Source: Haliotis rufescens
Lineage: Eukaryota
Reading direction: 5' to 3'
Length of the DNA stretch: 64,000 nucleotides
NCBI RefSeq assembly: GCF_023055435.1
Contig: NW_025963813.1
Span: forward strand, 30,070,001 to 30,134,000
The position numbers were made by a program, and so were the translations under genes. This document shows positions 40,036-53,755 of the stretch, piece after piece. The notes under the pieces were generated by a model. That model did no database searches. It saw only the letters and a list, made by a program, of their open reading frames with translations, and was not told the origin of the DNA. The stretch's first letter is position 1. Each line of letters starts with the position of its first letter.

Positions 40036-41770
40036 ATGGGTGTAAGTCTAGAAGTTAAGAGACAGCGAATTGAGACTTTTCTCCTAAGCCACCTGGCAAG
40101 ATCAACGAAACGCCATGTTGACAGCAGCTACTTTATGTGGCGATGTTGAATTAAACCCTGGCCCCCGTGAAGATCCGGGGTAGAATAGGTCTTCAGCAAC
40201 CCATGCCTGTCGTAAAAGGCGACTATACCTGTCTTAAAAGGCGACTAACGGGATCGGGTGGTCAGGCTCGCTGACTTGGTTGATGCATGTCATCGATCCC
40301 AATTGCGTGGATCGATGCTCATGATATTAATCACTGGATTGTCTGGTCCAGACACGATTATTTACAGACCGCCGTCATATAGCTGGAATATTGCTGAGTG
40401 TGGCGTTAAACAACAAACCCAGGAATGATAGTGATGCATCCCCAAAAGATACGAAGAACTGATTTCTGTCATAAACTCGTCGGGTATGATGGAGCTGAAA
40501 GCAGAGACGAGTAAACTGAAGATGAAGGTCAGTAAAACACAAACACAGGTGTTAGCGCAGCTGCTGAGCCAATGACGAAAACAGTAAAGGTCAAATGTAA
40601 TGACTCTAAAATGTGGCTTGGCAAGGAATGCAATTTCTATAGATGTGAATGTCCTCGACTCCTCCTGGTTTAAAGATAGCGTAAAGATTGCGAGTCCCTC
40701 AGACGTTACATAAGAGCAAGAAAGTACACTATTGCATTACGGGAGAAGAAAAGACGGCATAATGATTCTATTCGTGATACACTAACAGCCAACATAAATA
40801 ATGCAAAAGAGTTTTGGGAGGGGTACGACATATGACTGAAATTAACCAACACAATCCGAATATAATTACTGATGATGGTAATGTTGATGCTATTGTTATT
40901 GATAACACTGATGTCCATGTTGATGATGCAGCTGTCAGTATTTAGATGTACCAATTACAAAAGCTGAAATATATCAATGTATAATGGAGTTAAAATCATC
41001 CAAATCTGCTGGGTCGGATGATATTATTGCCGAATTCTTTAATGGTGGCAACGACTTGTTATTACAGAACCCTGAACTCATTTTTAATATATTGTTTGAT
41101 TCAGCGCACTTTCCACAATCCTGGAGCACAGGCATATTTATACCAATTATCAACACCAAGTCATATGGTATATATTTTGGCTATATTTGGGAACATCAAT
41201 CTGTCGGTAACGTTCTTACATTTATTTCAGAATTTACATTTCGGTTAAAGTCATCCTACGAACAAAACTGGCATGATGCCCCCCCCAAAAAAAACCTGTT
41301 AAAAACCGCATAGTTATTCTTTGTTTGGTCTGGAAATGTATCTATGTAATCAGTGTCTCTAAGTTTAGAAAATGTCTTACAAACCAGAGATGTCGTTCCC
41401 ATCAGTGAGAATTGAAACCGGACGACACTGCCAACAACCAAGATGTGAGAGAGTATGTTTACTGTGTAACAAATTGTATATAGAAGATGATTACCATTTC
41501 ATCCTTGTTTGTGATATATATCAATCCTCCAGGAACTGTTATATACCAGCCAAATTCTGTGTCAATTATTCTATAAATGAATTTAATACGCTCATGTCCA
41601 GTAAAAATGAAGGATTTTAAAGAATCGTGCAATGTATGTATATAAATCTACAGAACTAAGAAGATCTCTGCTAGACCAAAATAACACTGTCTCTCTGTTG
41701 GATAAGTGATATGTTCAATCTTTATTTCACATACTGAAGAGGCCACAGGCCTATAGTACAATTTGAAGAA
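40036..41770 (+). mobile_element. Heavily deleted non-LTR retrotransposon (RTE-X-like) with N-terminal 2A motif, interrupted by a family C copy
   Basis: MGVSLEVKRQRIETF...CGDVELNPGP; pre-RT LKSSKSAGSDDIIAEFF...FPQSWSTGIFIPI; C-terminal IETGR...ERVCLLC...EDDYHFILVC. Clade assignment tentative. Confidence 0.7.
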
Positions 41771-41799
41771 TATACAATTTTATACCATTTATGTACATA

Positions 41800-42420
41800 T
41801 CTCACCAAGTCACCCCACGTCATTCCACCTCGCATCTCAACGCAGTCGCATAATTTCACATATACAGTACAATACCATACCCTGTAATTTCATAATTTCT
41901 ATTTTACCATATCACAACTTGTTATATCATACAACATATTCTATAACATCATATCATATTGCATCATTACTATAAGATCATACTATATAGTATTATTTCA
42001 TATACCATTATCATATCATAACATACCATACATACCATTGTACCATATATCACACCTATATTATATCACATTTCAACGTGTCATATCACACAACACATTA
42101 GCAATTTCACAGCTTGTCCCATCATATCTTATCATATCATACCATATAATGCCATGTCATTCCATGCCAATTTATTTCATATCAATCAATATGTATTCAA
42201 CACTGGAAGACCGCAAGCCATATAATATGTACACTAAAAAACAGTATTTACACAATTTCTATAATACACATAACATATTGCATCATATCCCCTCATGTAT
42301 CATATCACACCACAACACTTATCATATCATATCACATCATGTCATGTCACATCATATCATTTCATATACATATAACTATACTAAACCATTTGTAATATCA
42401 CGTCCCACAATGTCATATGA
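41800..42420. repeat. Degenerate (ATCAT/ATAC)n microsatellite between two converging LINE 3' ends
   Basis: Low-complexity pentamer array. Confidence 0.8.
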
Positions 42421-42469
42421 CAGCCTAGTAGTTTAAAACCATTTCTAACTCTTTTGTTTGTAGTTTATT

Positions 42470-43760
42470 CAGATGGCAAATATCTATAAATATGTACTTA
42501 ATGTATATACACAATAGTTTCCTAATACCAAACAGCTAAGATTATTCTTTCATAAGGTTCTGTCGGTTTAAAGAGGCATAATATATGTACATGGAAACAT
42601 TTTGTAAGATACTTCTTTTTGTGTTTGACAGCAGTGTAACAAATTTAATAATATTAGGGTACCTGTAATAATAAGCTTGCAGGTATTTTTCTCTAAGGTG
42701 TAAATACACCCGACATACGAGTAAGAAATGAAATTCATCTTCTACTGAGTTTAAACTACATAGATTACAGATTCTTTCTTCACGAGGAATGTTTACATAG
42801 CGCCCTGTTTCTATTAAAAGGTCCTGAGAAGAACGTCTAAAACGTGAAAGAGCCGTTCGAAATTTTTTAACATTAACTTTTGATAAATAATCTTCTATAA
42901 TTATTTCTGATTTAAACATTTTGTAATAAAAGCACTTGTTTGTTAGAGTCAATGATGCAGTCCAAGATTGTAAATAAATATCCTTTAATCTCTAATGAAA
43001 GTATAAACATTGATTTGGCATACACATTTTGGTTTTGCCAAATATCACCAAAGCCACAACTGAAAAGTAATTCCCTAACACCTGTAACCCAGTTTCTTTT
43101 CCCATTATTATCATAAACTATCATCATATTATAACACTTTTTTGGCAATCTATATGAGGGCATGTCAAGAAGTCTCAGCCAGTATTTAATAACTTTTATA
43201 TTTGAATATACATAGAGAGGGAATCTTCCACCTTCTCCATACACCACCAAGCTGGAAGTGTTTATTTACTACACCTAAATACTTTTTGCAAACATATAAA
43301 TGAATCTTTTCTATGGCATCAAAGTGCTGTAAACCTCAGACTTCTGCCCCATACAACATAATGGGGAGTATCTTTATATCAAATATTCTTTTTAAAAGAT
43401 TGATGAGAAATGGTTTCTAAAACTTTCAAACTCTTATGGATACTTACAAAGACCTTTCTTGCTTGAAAGGTAAAGCAGCTTGATACAAATGTTTATACCA
43501 TGACACGTTTCTACTGAAGTAAACACCAAGATATTTATAAAATCCTGTAGTTTCTATTTTTTGTCCTTTAAAGGACCAATATTCTTTACTTGCTGAATGA
43601 CCTCCATTCTTAAATACCAAAAGTTTTGTTTTACTCATGTTAACTGTTAGCTTCCATTTATTGCAGTAACTTTCAAGTTCATTAATTTGACACTGCAGTC
43701 CTTTGATTGTAGATGAAAAGAGAGCAATATCATCTGCACATAAAAGTTAAAATATCTGTG
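42470..43760 (-). mobile_element. 5'-truncated non-LTR retrotransposon (RTE-X-like), RT C-terminal half
   Basis: ADDIALFS...LESYCNKWKLTVNMSKTK, YKYLGVYF, VYGEGGRFPL, IETGRYVNIPREERICNLC...EDEFHFLLVC, with frameshifts. Confidence 0.85.
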
Positions 43761-44189
43761 ATATGTTATCTATGTGATAAGTGTCTTGAAGCCATTGTTG
43801 TTATCCCAGATGGAACGATACTGGACGGAAGACTAGACCAGCACGTCAATGCGACGAACAAAGACCCCAGACGAAAAAAAAGTGAAATACACGTAACAAG
43901 ACTTCCGGTTTATTAACATAACACAAACTTCTACATCCCTCCCTTTTTCAGAGAAATGTGATACATACACTAATATTATTTGGACCATGTACAATATTAA
44001 ACTACTACAATAATAAACAAGTTTCCCCCAATTCTTGCTAAATTTTTGCAAAATCCTGTTCTGTCTCTCTACTTCACTATTTGCCTGAGGCCAAAGGGGA
44101 GTAACTTTATGATGATGATGAATCCATTTTACCTGCGTCCCTGTTGGAAATGGTCCAGGTAGGACACCTTACGATGGCCCAAAGGGTAT

Positions 44190-44730
44190 CTGCGTACGAG
44201 CTAAAGGTTCGCTTGTTGTTGGTTGTTGACACTCATGACAAGTTCCACACTTCTCTTCTACATTGTTGTCTATACCAGGCCACCAAGCCTTAGTACGCAG
44301 ACGTTGCTTTGTCTTCACGATGCATTGAACACCTTGATGTGCTAGTTGGATAACTCTTCGTCCCAGAGATGTCAGAACTACTAACCTATTTCCTTATAAG
44401 ACCGACTGTCCCAAAATAATCAATTTATCAGACTCCTGCTTGCATACATGATGACGCGCTCTTATCCGTTTTGTTTTCCTGTATCAACACTGCATCAGCC
44501 ATCACCCTAGTTTTAGCCTTGCTATCGAAATAAGCTAGTCTCTCTGCATTAGCTAATCCGTCTTTCAATTTCTGGAACGCCTCTGCTTGCCCCCCTTTCT
44601 AAACAAATAGAGTCTCTTTCCTAGTTAATGTCCTGAGGGGCAAAATTCTGTATGAACCGAGCAAGAAACTTTACAAGTCCCTTAAAGCTTCGTACCTCTG
44701 ATACATTTTGACGTTCTTCAGCCTAGGCCG
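44190..44730 (-). mobile_element. Decayed Gypsy pol fragment (RT connection/RNase H start and integrase Zn-binding region)
   Basis: Minus-strand pieces AEAFQKLKDGLANAERLAYFD...VMADA and LAHQG...IVKTKQRLRTKAWWPGID...CGTCHECQ. Confidence 0.75.
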
Positions 44731-45254
44731 CCAAGAGCGTGTCCCACTGTTACTGTGAGCCCAGTCATGCAACAACGACGTACTTGTGTCAACTCCCGAT
44801 GTCGTATCTCAGTGTACGATATTCCGGCGTGTTGCAATATTCCGGTACTCCGTGTTGTGTGTGCATGAAACATCATTATACACAACCACTATCACCATCA
44901 TTAAGCACCACCACCACCTCTGTCTAGCACCATTAGTTTCACTACAGATAAGCTCTATCAACAAAGTTCCATACTTCTCAGCGGCGTGTTTCGATTTATC
45001 ATATTACGATACAATGAAATATAATTTAGGTTCTCATTCTTGTACAGTACGGCAATTTGATTGACCCTTTCATGATATGGTAAGACACGCTCTGATTGGT
45101 CGGATGAAAGGTGGTTCTGGTGTGATCCACAATGGCGAGATTTGATGTTAATCAGAAACAATCTTGCACATCTCCGTATGCAGGAATTGTGAGTGCGTGA
45201 GTAATGTGTTTGTAAAGTCCATCATAGAGAACCTTGAATATGTCAAATTATAAT

Positions 45255-48073
45255 TTATGTTGTAATTCTCGAAAAGAACGGCAGTTCGTGAAGTTCTGCC
45301 CGATAGTCTCGGTACCATTGACCTCCCTCGACCTGCTGTTTCCGGAGCTCGTCGAACCAAGTGCCTTCTGGGAGGTAAATATCACGTGACGTGGCCCCTT
45401 TCTCAACTACCGGTGCTACAAGCAAGTCGTTGCCAAGGAGATATTCGGAATCAATCGTTAGCGCGGCCTCGTCTTGAGGAGCTATCCACCATATCGGACG
45501 AATGATTGGTTCACCAGTTCTCACCGAGTCTTCAGCAAGTTTTATAATTGTTGATGTGTAATTTTCGTGAAGCTCCGCGAAATATCGCGTGATTTCAACG
45601 ACAGTCTCGTTGTTGTAAACCCAAGGAACGACCGAGAACTGAAGCGATGGGAGGAAGGTATTGAGCTGCATCCATCTTATAAACAATTCTTCATCCGGGT
45701 AATTACGTGCCTCTAAACCGGAAGAGTTGTCATAAGCATTTCCGCCAATCATGTCCGGTAGAATAAACGGGTACCCAATCAGCCCCATGGTAAGCGCACA
45801 GGGAATAAGTGTCTTCAAGCCATTGTTGTTATCCCAGACGGAATCTTTGTCCATCATGCGCACAAATATGGGTACATTCTGACTTCCGGCCCCAACCCTG
45901 ACCTCTTGGTGTCTTACATCCGGGTCAGAGCGGTAGGCAAGGTCAATCCATTTTCTCGTGTACTCATTCGGGTTTAGGTAAGTTCTATTGACACTGTAAA
46001 TAAAGGGAAGCCATGCTACCTCGCCGGCGTCAAACTTGAAGGAGCTAATGTTGTAGGTGTCTTTCAGAAAGTTGGTCTTATTGAGGTACCAGTCCACGGC
46101 ATACGGGTTAGTGACATCGAGTGTACCCGACAGTTGACCCCGCCACCAGGATGTCAGAGCCGGAAGTTTGCGCTCTGGGGCTCGAACCAGGTAACCCAGT
46201 GCGGCTGCTTCATTAAAAGCGCGGGAATCGATATTAAAGAAAGGATGGACCCAGACTGTCACCCTGAAGCCGTCCTTATTGAGTTGTGATATCATCCCTC
46301 GAGCATCCGGGAACTTGTTTGTTGTGAAGTCCATGTCACCATATAAAGTAGTCCACTCGTCATCAATCTCAAGCTGGGAGTGACTGAAGCCGTTGCTGAC
46401 GATGTCGTTAGCCAGCTGTAGGACCTGTGTCTGGTTGATGTCTTTCTTGTACATGGCCCACGTTGACCAGATAGGGGAACGGAACAGGCGGCGATCAGGG
46501 ACGCCTTCAGGGCGGGGAATGTACTTCGCGGACATGTAGTCATGAACTACCCGGATGTTGTTGGCTTGACACACAGTGTAGGAGAGACGTGGTGGTTTGT
46601 TGTCGATGTTGATGTAAGGCGAGCGTTCAAATTTGGCCGACATACACATTAAGTTGCTGCTTTTATCGTTGAAACTAAGATAAAGGGGAATATTTGAATC
46701 AATGAATATACCTAAACCAGTGGATGATAGGAAGTATCTCTCCAATACACCGCCGTATTTCTTGGCGTAGGAATCCGTCGCAACATAGGCCGCCATTTCC
46801 TGTTGTATCTCATTCATCGGCCAGTATTGGTGGTAGTCCTCAAATCCCCCAAACCAGTGACCACGTGACAGTTCAACACAATCCTTCAGTTCCTGTGACA
46901 CGCAGTTGACAGCCTCCCACGTGACATTGTAGCACGTGACTTTATCGTTTCCTGTCTTGTATATCTCCAACTTCCGGTCTCTTTCCCACGAGAGACATAC
47001 ATCCGCTTCCGGCGTGTTGCAATCCTTATGTCCAGCAGTTCTCCAGTCATAACCCATGAAGATCTCTCCGGTGATCACATGATTATGACGTATGTTCATG
47101 TGCACCGTATTCTGTTACAGAAGGAAAAGTACATCAGTACCATAAATGAAAGGATCGTGGACACTGTTTCCCTGCTCCCAAACATCAGTTGTAAATCGAG
47201 GTCATTTTTGATAAATGATAACGTAACGTTGAAACATTCTACATACTAGCCATAATCACTATATTTTTCTGTGACATTGAAATAGCTTTTCCACTGAGGT
47301 TGTCAAACTAAAAGATTCAAATGAGCAATTTGAACACACTTCTGAGAGTATTATTGGCTTTCTTGCTCGGGTGTTTTCGGAGAAGAGGAAAATGCGAAAG
47401 GTTTAAGTACTAAATACCACGTACGCTATTATTTTCGACATAATTGCAGTCCTTTCAAGCAGTTTTATTCATCCCTTCGTTCTTTCCGCACTTTGAATAT
47501 TCTCATTTAAAGTTTAATTGCCAGGCATGGGTACAATATGTGAAGTCCATTTTTGGTGTCCCCCTCTGTGATATTGCTGGAATATTGCCAGGCGTAAAAC
47601 CATACTCACTCACTCACTCATTGTAAGTTATCAGTGGGGGTTGAAGTTGAGGGGGTGGGATGGAGCGGGACCACCTTCAGTCTAATTGAACATCAGTACA
47701 ATTTTAGTAGTCAAAGAAAGTAAGTGAGTATTGTTTCACGCCGCTTTTAGCAATATTTCAGTAATTCCACCAATATTCACTGCGGGGGACACCAGAAATG
47801 GGCTTCACACATTGTACCCTTCAAAGAAACAGAGATGCGTTTTGATGTGTATACAGTATAAGATAAATATTAATATGGGAATGTCAACCCGACCTGTATA
47901 TGAATCTCGGCGTCTCCTATCTCGTACACGGCACGTGACATAAAGGGCGTGCCTTCTTGTTGATCACGTGTTTCCTCCCACACGGCGACACCAACGACGA
48001 CGACCATGACGACGACTGCAGTCAGAGCAAATGCGACAGCGCAACGTCCCCTTCCCTGTTGGTGGGAAGCCAT
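45255..48073 (-). CDS. MYORG: MYORG-like type II membrane GH31 glycosidase, about 678 aa; coding exons 48073-47894 and 47111-45255
   Basis: N-terminal TM anchor; PIWSTW, EIDDEW, VTVWVHPF, nucleophile FKFDAGE, acid/base MMDKDS, LPDMIGG, LLGNDLLVAPV. Phase-0 GT-AG intron. The symbol denotes the family; orthology is untested. Confidence 0.9.
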
Positions 48074-48129
48074 GATATCTGCAGGAACAAGGGTGAGATA
48101 GCGGCAGCCGTAAATAGGGGTATGTTGTA

Positions 48130-49330
48130 AGCCGAGAAAAGGGCATTGGGTTAGCCTAGAACAAGGCACTGTGTTAACCCAGGCACCGTTTTCGCCTGGA
48201 AAAAGACATTGTATTAGCCCAGAGCAAGGCACTGTTTTAGTCTAGATTAAAGCACATTGTTAAACTATAGAAAGGCACTGTATTAGCCTAAAGCAGGACA
48301 CTGTTTTAGCCTACAGCAAGGCACAATGATAACCTACATCAAGGCACAGTGTTAGCCTAGAGCAAGACACTGTTTTAGCCTAGAGCAAGGCACAGTGTTA
48401 GCCTACAGCAGGACACTGTTTTAGCCTCAGCAAGGGACAGTGTTAACCTATAGCAAGGCACAGTGTTAGCCTAGAGCAGGACACTGTTTTAGCCTAGAGC
48501 AAGGCACAATGTTAACCTACATCAAGGCACAGTGTTAGCCTAGAGCAGGACACTGTGTTAGCCTAGAGCAAGGCACAATGTTAACCTACATCAAGGCACA
48601 GTGTTAGCCTAGAGCAGGACACTGTGTTAGCCTAGAGCAAGGCACAATGTTAACCTATAGCAAGGCACTGTGTTGGCCTAGAGCAAGGCACAATGTTAAC
48701 CTACATCAAGGCACAGTGTTAGCCTAGAGCAGGACACTGTGTTAGCCTAGAGCAAGGCACAATGTTAACCTATAGCAAGGCACTGTGTTAGCCTATAGCA
48801 AGGCACTGTGTTAGCCTAGAGCAGGACACTGTTTTAGCCTACAGCAAGGCACAGTGTTAGCCTAGAGCAAGACACTGTTTTAGCCTAGAGCAAGGCACAG
48901 TGTTAGCCTACAGTAGGACTCTGTTTTAGCCTCAGCAAGGGACAGTGTTAACCTATAGCAAGGCACAGTGTTAGCCTAGAGCAGGACACTGTTTTAGCCT
49001 ACAGCAAGGCACAATGTTAACCTACATCAAGGCACAGTGTTGGCCTAGAGCAGGACACTGTGATAGCCTAGAGCAGGGCACTGTGTTAGCCTAGAGCAAG
49101 TCACAATGTTAACCTACATCAAGGCACAGTGTTAGCCTAGAGCAGGACACTGTGTTAGCCTAGAGCAAGGCACAATGTTAACCTACATCAAGGCACAGTG
49201 TTGGCCTAGAGCAGGACACTGTGATAGCCTAGAGCAGGGCACTATGTTGGCCTGGCGCAAGGTATTGTGTGAGCGTAGTCTAAAACGTAGGACATTATAT
49301 TTGCAAGGTATTGTGTTAGCGATGAGCGAA
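48130..49330. repeat. 23-bp minisatellite (CCTAGAGCAAGGCACTGTGTTAG) with 69-bp higher-order pattern
   Basis: Three unit variants recur in order (GAGCAGGACAC / GAGCAAGGCACAA / CATCAAGGCAC); edges are degenerate. Confidence 0.93.
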
Positions 49331-51760
49331 TGACATCGTTTCAGCCTCGAAAGGACAGTCCAAGACTTGACTGATGGGCATTGCTCAAGCCTAGAACGGA
49401 GTCACTGTACTAGCCTCGAGCGAGGATTGGTTCAAAGTATAACTTGTATTAGCCAAGGTATGTGTCCCTCTCTTAGCCTAGAATAGGGATAGGTCAACAA
49501 CGTATGCTTAACAACATATTAAAAGCATACAGCATTCAGCTGTACGACTGTATGCAGCTACATGCGAGACGATGACGACTGTCCTGCTACAATGACCGTA
49601 ATACGACTTCAGACACCGCAGTTCCGACTGTTATATGGTGATTGGGAAACACAAATTAAGACCAATATCATGTTTTAAGTTATAATAAGCTATGTCATAT
49701 CTACTCACCTTGACTTAAGTACGCAACGTTGCTGCGGGCGACTTGTCACGCCCGTATCGCCACTGTTAAATGAAGGCAAATAAATACAGATGGTCACTGA
49801 CAGTAGAATGGCTGTCGCTGTGTTTACTTTATCAACACTGATACAGAAGGTAGCCAAGCACAAGAGGAATTTTACATCAAGAGTCTTACTGTGGAAGCGT
49901 TGTAGCCCCTTCGCGTGTAAGGCGCTACAAGGTGCGTTTAACACTGCATACTGTCTACCTGTAGTCCGCACACCGATACTAAGATTATTCATGTAAACTA
50001 ATCAAGCCATATGAAACATCACTTTATGTTTTTGTGATTATTCAAGATAGCTATCCAATTTAATTCAGTTTTAACGATGTTATAAACAAGATCTTTGCTA
50101 AACCTCTAGTTCCTAGAATGCACCTACACAGACGTTTGCCTACTCCCCGTGACATTGTTAGCCTTGTTAGTAATATGTTTATTGTTGTTTATGTTGTTTT
50201 ACACCATATATATCAATGTTCCAACTATATGACGACGGCTGGTAGAGATCCTTTCTGGGGCCGGACAAACCAGTGATTGATATTATCAGCACGTCTCATG
50301 TCGTCTTGGTACAAAACACAGTCAACCTGGCCTCAACACCCACTTCAGGTTAGTCGCCTCTTTCGACAAACTATTGAATACAGTAATGGATGCTCTTGTT
50401 TTCGCATGTTCTCACGACCCCAACCTTTCGGAACCATCTCAAATGGCAAAAAAATCAAGGAACAATTGATTAAGCTAAAATCTTGTGTTTCGCACATGGT
50501 AAGTGTACTTTTTCAAAAAGACCGTGAACGCGAGAATGCCCTTTACGGTATTCCATATGTAATCTTAAAGCATCACTATGAATTATTAGATTTAAATCAG
50601 ATTCGGATGAAAGTGAACTTTAATAATAGCGCGTACCGAGTACAGGGCGTACTTGAGAAATCGGGGGAAAGTTAGGAAAAGAAGCATCCGTAATATATAT
50701 ATATATAAATTTTATTTACAAACTTCGCGTTTATCTTTTCAGTACTATAACCACAATATCCCGACGGGACCCCAATTTTACCAATTCACCATTCATGAAC
50801 ACGTCATCTACTTCCCAATTCATGAACACAACTAATTCTCCATTCATAAACACACCAATCACCTCACCATTCATGAATGCTTAAAACCGCTCAATCATTC
50901 AAAATTGAAAATGGTCGTTTTAAGTCATGATGCCAACGCGAAACAAAGTTACAATTGTTATTTCAGACAAGGCATGGTGATCAGTTGGGCGAGACGTCTT
51001 AGACGCCGCCGTTTGCTGTGCCGGAGTTGCGTCCCTTAGACGTGCCAGAAACCGTGGGTTCAAAACCGGTTCACTCTGATAATGTTTCTAGGTTTATCAA
51101 CACCTCACTCACTCGTGCTCGTGGGTTTCACCAAAGTGGTAATTAAACGTCTGAGACCTGCATTACTTCGGGATTTTCTCCCACATTAAACTGACAGTAC
51201 ATTTATTTTCATTCAGATTCCTTTAACCTTGTGAAATCAAACGTTGTTACAGTATCGTCACCCCGATCAATGGATCAGTGTGTACTCGAATTACATTCTC
51301 AGCTGCCTGGGGAGTATACAACCTGCTTATGAGGCGCCAGAAGGTTAACGAAAAGCCACATTACAATTTCATCCTACCGGGTACCCATTCACAGCTGGAT
51401 GAAGGGAGGCAGATGACGAACATCTCTTTCCCATGGAGACACTTTTATTTTAATCCGTGATAGAGTGTTGTGCCACTCTCCTACCCAGAGTTCCATGCGG
51501 TCAGCATAATACGTCACATCTTACAAAGTCCATTTAAAATATTGCATATAGTTTTCATCTGTTTCTTTTTTACGAATTAATACATCTAGATAAACATATA
51601 TCACAGAATAGTTAACGTTCATTGAGAAATAATCCCAAAACGTGAAAGACTATATCCATTTGCATAGTTATCCTTTGTTGCCATTGGTTGCATGGCTCCA
51701 CGTGCTGTCATCCAAGGCCTACGGACAGCTAGCTATACGGTCACTCGATATATTAATATA

Positions 51761-52020
51761 CGAGGGGCGTTCAATAAGTTTTGCAACTTCAATATAATAC
51801 CAAGTCGCAGAAAATATTTTGCACTTTTATTTTTCAATATAATCTCCTTTCAACTCAATACACTTATTCCATTTGTCCTTCAAGCTTTTAATACCACTTT
51901 TATAGAAATCCGCAGATTGGTTTTGGGGTGAATGGAGATTATATTGAAAAATAAAAGTGCAAAAGATATTCTGCGACTTGGTCTTATATTGAAGTTGCAA
52001 AACGTATTGAACGCTCCTCG
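51761..52020. mobile_element. Mariner-derived MITE built from two 3' ends
   Basis: TA|CGAGGGGCGTTCAATA...TATTGAACGCTCCTCG|TA with about 88-bp arms. Minus strand encodes the mariner C-terminus FYKSGIKSLKDKWNKCIELKGDYIEK*. Confidence 0.88.
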
Positions 52021-52265
52021 TATATTGTCATGCAACTCACTGTCACAGTTGTACTAGCATCAGTATATAATAATGTAAAGCGCGCCGAAAGGCCTGTATC
52101 AGGTCAGTCTGTTCTGTTTTCAGAATGAGCGTCTGTTGCAAAACGCCCTTCGTATATTGTCATGCAACTCACTGTCACAGTTGTACTAGCATCAGTATAT
52201 AATTATGTAAAGCGCGCCGAAAGGCCTGTATCAGGTCAGTCTGTTCTGATTTCAGAATAAGCGTT
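52018..52265. repeat. About 132-bp direct duplication adjoining the mariner MITE
   Basis: TCGTATATTGTCATGCAACTCACTG...TTTCAGAAT occurs twice. Confidence 0.9.
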
Positions 52266-53074
52266 TGTTTATAAACGAGAAAAAAGTCCGGTCACATGAT
52301 ATGCAAATTAGCCTGTGGCAGGAATGTTATGCTAAGGCACCAATGCGCCGGAGTGTGATGTTGTGCAAGACTGGACGAACTGACATGAGTCATGCTGCCG
52401 AACTATGTCACCCATCCAACTCCTCTCCGCAGCCAGCGTTTCCTAACTTCTTGACTTGATCGCTGAACACAGGACCATCGGCATATCTCAGCCTAATAAG
52501 GATTATGCCATGTCAGGGGCGCAAAATAGTTCACTGCATGTAAATAAAATATGTTCTGGTTTATTTGTCCGTCTCCTACTAAAATTGCATGTCTGTGGAG
52601 AACTTGCTCTCCGCTGTTTAGTCAGGGGGTCTAACTAGGCTTTTATAGACTACCTGACCGGAACTAAAGTTATACGGTGCCAATACCGTAGGGCAGTGAA
52701 TAATGAACTCTCGTTAACCGTGACCTAACGAGAGTGGGATTTCTAAAGCTCCCACAACTGTGCACACCTGTTGATAAGGGAGGTAGATTGCCTCGTGTAT
52801 TGCATTACAAGGTCAACAGAGCTCTACTCTCTGTACACAAAACATGCAGCCGACGTCATGATTTATACGACACGTAACTAGGTCATGTTGTGTTGGGTAG
52901 TTTAGGCATGTGTACACAGTGAAACCTCTTTAAACCGGATGGCACCCTTCCTCGCGAAATCGCCTGGATGAACGCGAATTCTGGTTCTAATCTTCCATTA
53001 ATATAGACGTTACCAACAAGATCGACCCGTCCGTGAGGTGTTCATACTAACATACTAATAGATAGGATAAAATG

Positions 53075-53279
53075 TCCGCCCGGAGAGTGGAAGGTCGGGG
53101 TTCGATCCCCGGCCGCGTCATACCAAGAGACGTAATACTATGGTACTTGTTTTTCCCTGCCTGGTGCTCGGCATTTAGGGGACAAAACAAAGTCTGGTCG
53201 GATCGGAGTCAGTATACTGTGTCTGTGTCAGCATAGTATCTCAGTGGGGGCGAACTAGTAAACCAACATTAGCCAAGCA

Positions 53280-53355
<76 letters not shown>

Positions 53356-53425
53356 TGTATGCATGTCACTATATTGGTGCAATTAATATTGAAGGCCGGG
53401 TTAAACCCATTTCACCTCACCTGAA
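53075..53425 (+). mobile_element. tRNA-derived SINE with Meta-domain-like body and internal (CA)n (53281-53352)
   Basis: B-box GGTTCGATCCCC followed by GTCATACCAAGAGAC...TGGTAC...CCTGCCTGGTGCTCGGCATT; tail GTTAAACCCATTTCACCTCACC. Domain name from memory. Confidence 0.6.
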
Positions 53426-53473
53426 ACTAACGAGGTCCAGTCTAAGTATATAGGTGTCACTGTCCTCAGTTGG

Positions 53474-53755
53474 GACCCTGTGAAGATCCGGGGTAGAATA
53501 GGTCTTCAGCAACCCATGCTTGCCGTAAAAGGCGACTATACTTGTCGTAAAAGGCGACTGTGCTTGTCGTAACAGGCGACTAACGGCACGGGTGGTCAGG
53601 CTCGCTGACTTGGTTGATGCATGTCATCGATCCCAATTGCGTGGATCGATGCTCATGATGTCAGTCACTGGATCCAGACTCGATTATTTACAGGCCGTCG
53701 TCATATAGCTGGAATATTGCTGTGTGCGACGTAAAACAACAAACAAACAAAACAA
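53474..53755 (+). mobile_element. Family C retroposon with three copies of the GTCGTAARAGGCGAC hairpin module
   Basis: Matches other family C copies; one extra module. Confidence 0.88.

Noticed and set aside
53474-53595. Canonical HDV-like ribozyme in the family C head
   Set aside because: A CTAA after a hairpin is suggestive, but I could not build P3, P1.1 or the nested double pseudoknot; kept only as an unclassified structure.
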